NCBI RefSeq assembly: GCF_006345805.1
Contig: NW_021828082.1
Location: 1 to 35,034, forward strand
DNA: 35,034 bases
Source of the DNA: Octopus sinensis
Lineage: Eukaryota
Direction: 5' to 3'
Below are positions 31,790 to 35,034 of this stretch, in pieces. How positions within the stretch are numbered: the first letter of the stretch is position 1; the number at the start of each line of letters is the position of its first letter. Both the position numbers and the translations under genes were made by a program. The notes below the pieces were generated by a model. That model made no database searches and was not told the origin of the DNA. It saw only the letters and a list, made by a program, of their open reading frames with translations.

Positions 31790-32370
31790 GTTATCACATC
31801 CAACAGGCTACAGATAAGAACTCGAAATTCAGTTAATCGATTTCTTGAATTAGTAGCTGGAGCAATTGCCTTCAATATCGATATCATATATATTCAAGGA
31901 CACCGACTTCATAATAAATTAGTCTTCAAACATCGTGATATTTCGTTTACCTCTGCATGAAAAACTATCACTGCGATAACCATGGAGTAGGTATACTTTT
32001 CAACCCAAAAGCAGACAGGACATTAAACAGTTTATAAAAGGCCCTAGAATAGTAATTACTACTTTAATGGAAATCATTAGTGATCTCCTGCTATGATCAA
32101 AATAATATGTGTCGAAAATTACCAAAGTATAATATCCTGATCTTAGGAAGAGATATGAATGCGCGAACTGGATGTAGTGAAAATTTGAACCATATATTTC
32201 ACAAATGTACTTACATTAATTGATAGGTCAACGCCAGTATGAGCTTGTATCAGAATGAGACTGTCGTATTTAAATTGAAATTTCCAGAAAACGAATGGTA
32301 AACTAATAAAAAGAAATGTGTTATAGCTCACATTGATTACTTATTCATAAACCGAAATTGGATTAATATC
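31790..32370 (+). pseudogene. decayed APE endonuclease domain of an RTE/RTEX-type LINE, opposite strand to the RT
   Basis: NIDIIYIQGHR (IDIICIQEHR-like), GVGILFNPKA, LPKYNILILGRDMNARTG, AHIDYLFINRNW. Confidence 0.75.
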
Positions 32371-33379
32371 ATAATGAACTGTGAAACCTACACTAGGTTT
32401 TCAGTGTTTTATTCAAATGATCGAATAGTGTACTTTAAGGCTCGTCTTAACCTGTGTGTCAATAAACTCTACATTAACGGCAATCCACAATATGAATGAA
32501 CAATAACCAACAACGAGCAAATATGCACTTTATTACACTATTGGTCGGTATGAAGCGTTTGAAACGGCAGAATCAACTTTTCTAACAATAACTGTGCCAA
32601 TCGTGTCATATCATACGAGCAGTATCCCAAGAAATACGTGTGTATAAGGTCGTGCTATAATTTGTATATCCGCTCTCTTGATCCTCACCGGAATATGGGA
32701 GTCACCATATTTTCTTTATTAACCAAATCTTAAATGTTAAATTTTAGATTTAAATTTTATTTCACCTAATGGAAACGGTTTTTTTAAATGATTTAACTGA
32801 TTTGTTTATCAATAAAAACGTGTCTGAAACAGCTGTAGTGAATGTCAACCCATTTCTGTTCTTACTTGCGCGTGCGCGCGTGTATGTGTGAGAGAGAGAA
32901 ATTGTCTCTCCTATGACAGTTGATCACCAAGAGTACGCCACCTTTCTATCGTATTTAACAAAATAATGTTCGTTTGCTATAGGTTTAGAAAACTATTTCA
33001 CAACTATCATCATTATATATCTAGTTACAGAGTCACATGAAGTCTTCTAAATTCTGAATTATTTTTGCTATTGTCTGGTTCATATCTTTATTCCTTATAA
33101 ACGTTCAGATATCAACGTTTATCGTAATGAAAATTCAGAAGCTTAGGATTGTTTTGCGTCTCTTTTCATGCCTTACATATTGTTTGTGTAAAAATGTTAT
33201 TTTATATGTTCTCTTCCGCTTGAGTCTTTCTGCTCAGTTTTGGCAAAAGATTCAAGATTAGGATAAAATCGATCAGTATAGATGGACCATAAATGAGTCG
33301 TTAGAAAGTATTAGCAAACATCTCTTAAATCAAAGCCTATTGTCTTTTATTAAAAAATGCTAAACTTGGAGCTAGCTAG

Positions 33380-33608
33380 ACAGACAGACAGGCAGGCAGG
33401 CTGACAGACAGACAGTCAAACAGACAGACAAACAGACAGACAAGCAAATAAAAAAACAGATAGAAAAAGACAAAGGAATTAAAAAGGAAAAGAATGAGTG
33501 AGCGAGAGACGATGAGAAAGGTAGTGAGTGAGAAAAAGAGAGAAAAAGAGAGAAAAAGAGAGAGAGAGAAAGACAGAAATAAATAAAGAAAGAAAGAAAA
33601 AAGAAAGA

Positions 33609-33639
<31 letters not shown>

Positions 33640-33655
33640 AAAGAAAAGAAGAAGC
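33380..33655. repeat. (CAGA)n and (GAAA)n-type purine-rich microsatellites
   Basis: Direct reading. Confidence 0.85.
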
Positions 33656-34472
33656 ATTAAGTGATTGTCAAAGTGTTAAGTGAAAGGCAGAACAACAAAA
33701 TAAAGGGAACATGTTACAGAAAAAGGTGTAAAAGTTATATGGTAACTGATACAAGGAAATAGAAGAAATAGAAAAGGTGAATGAAAGATAATAAAGAATA
33801 AGGAAAGTTATAAGGTTGGTAGATGGGTGTAAAAGACAGAAGAGATGAAGGATGAGGATTACAAGGATGTCAAAAGTTATATCTATATAATAATATTAAA
33901 AAACTGAACAGAACGCCAAAGGAACAAACGGGAAATTTACACACAAGACATGGATATACACTTCCCTCATCAGTTATCGTTTGAAAATCATAAAAATTTC
34001 GCGCCTTTAACGATAATATTGTTACTTTTGGTGTTGTTAACAGCAAAAGCTGCCGGGGATAATGAGCGAACGCAGAGGACAGTGATGAAAACAAACACGA
34101 TACAGGTAGTTGATACAAATATAAATATACAAACAAAGTAAAGGTCGTACGGTTGTGAGACAACTTTAGGACAAGTCATGTAAAAGTAACGTAATGGAAT
34201 ACGATGTCCTATAGAACTGGAAAGGCAAGTGGAGAGATGAAAAGAAAGAAAGAAAGATAGAACGAAGGTGGGGGAAAAATAAAGCACTCAATGTTGGAAA
34301 AGGAGAAATCGAGAACCACAAGAAGAGTAACAGAATAGGTCCGCAGTGAAGCTAAAAAAGGAAGTTAGATGGAGACATAGGATGATCACATAACACTGAG
34401 AATAGAGAGGAGAGAGAAAACAAAGGTGAAGGGCAAACAAAAAGGCTGAGGTAGACATGAAAGCAAAGTAAA

Positions 34473-34760
34473 AGGGGACAGCTTTGCTTCCTAATAACAT
34501 GGTTCTAGGTTCAGCCCCACTGCGTGATACCTTGACAAAGTGTGTGCTACTTTAGCCTCGGGCCGACTAAAACCTTATGAGTGGATCTGGTAAACGAGAA
34601 CTGGAAGAAGCCCGATATATATATATGTGTGTGTGAGAGAGAGTGTGTGTACGTGCGTGTGTGTGTTTGTCCACCACTATCACCGCTTGACAACCGGTGC
34701 TGGTATGTTTAAGTCCCGATAACTTAGCGGCTCGGCAAAAGAAACCGATAGCATAAGTAC
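34473..34760 (+). mobile_element. SINE family B, 3'-truncated
   Basis: GGTTCAGCCCCACTGCGTG...GAGTGGATCTGG...(GT)n...TTAGCGGCTCGGCAAAAGAAACCGATAGCATAAGTAC; stops abruptly before the tail. Confidence 0.8.
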
Positions 34761-35034
34761 CAATTCGGTTTATGAATAAGTAATCAATGTGAGCTATAAC
34801 ACATTTCTTTTTATTAGTTTACCATTCGTTTTCTGAAATTTCAATTTAAATACGACAGTCTCATTCTGATACAAGCTCATACTGGCGTTGACCTATCAAT
34901 TAATGTAGTACATTTGTGAAATATATGGTCAAATTTTCACTACATCCAGTTCGCGCATTCATATCTCTTCCTAAATCAGGATATTATACTTTGGTAATTT
35001 TCGACACATATTATTTTGATCATAGCAGGAGATC
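34760..35034 (-). repeat. inverted near-identical duplicate of 32082-32361, running off the window end
   Basis: Manual alignment: no substitutions and five 1-nt deletions relative to 32082-32361. Confidence 0.92.

Noticed and set aside
295-35034. Dozens of ORFs with poly-Y/I/L/E/K or [12 protein letters not shown] runs
   Set aside because: They are translations of (TA)n, (CA)n, (TATG)n, (AAT)n and (GAA)n microsatellites, which lack stops in some frames.

Overview
AT-rich, microsatellite-saturated eukaryotic DNA. Its SINE families look like those of octopus (coleoid cephalopod); this is recognised from memory, not verified by search. Nearly all listed ORFs are microsatellite artefacts. One credible host coding exon is present: minus strand 2181-3515, 1335 nt, phase 1-1, Ser/Pro/Gln/His-rich, gene unidentified. 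The rest is TE debris: tRNA-derived SINEs, fragments of RTE, CR1-group, Tx1-like and R4/Dong-like (RLE) LINEs, a hAT MITE with TSD, a long-TIR MITE and a maT-like Tc1/mariner half. The most notable signal is a set of ~350-365 bp tandem or fold-back repeats (Penelope pseudo-LTR / retrozyme-like) carrying hammerhead ribozyme (HHR) motifs between 18.7 and 30 kb. These include a near-identical 364-bp tandem with a U3:A8 covariant core at the tip of a ~138-nt rod, and an adjacent canonical HHR with a long helix II. The window ends in an inverted near-perfect duplicate of 32082-32361 that differs only by five 1-nt deletions (possible assembly artefact). All folding was done by eye; no activity is demonstrated.
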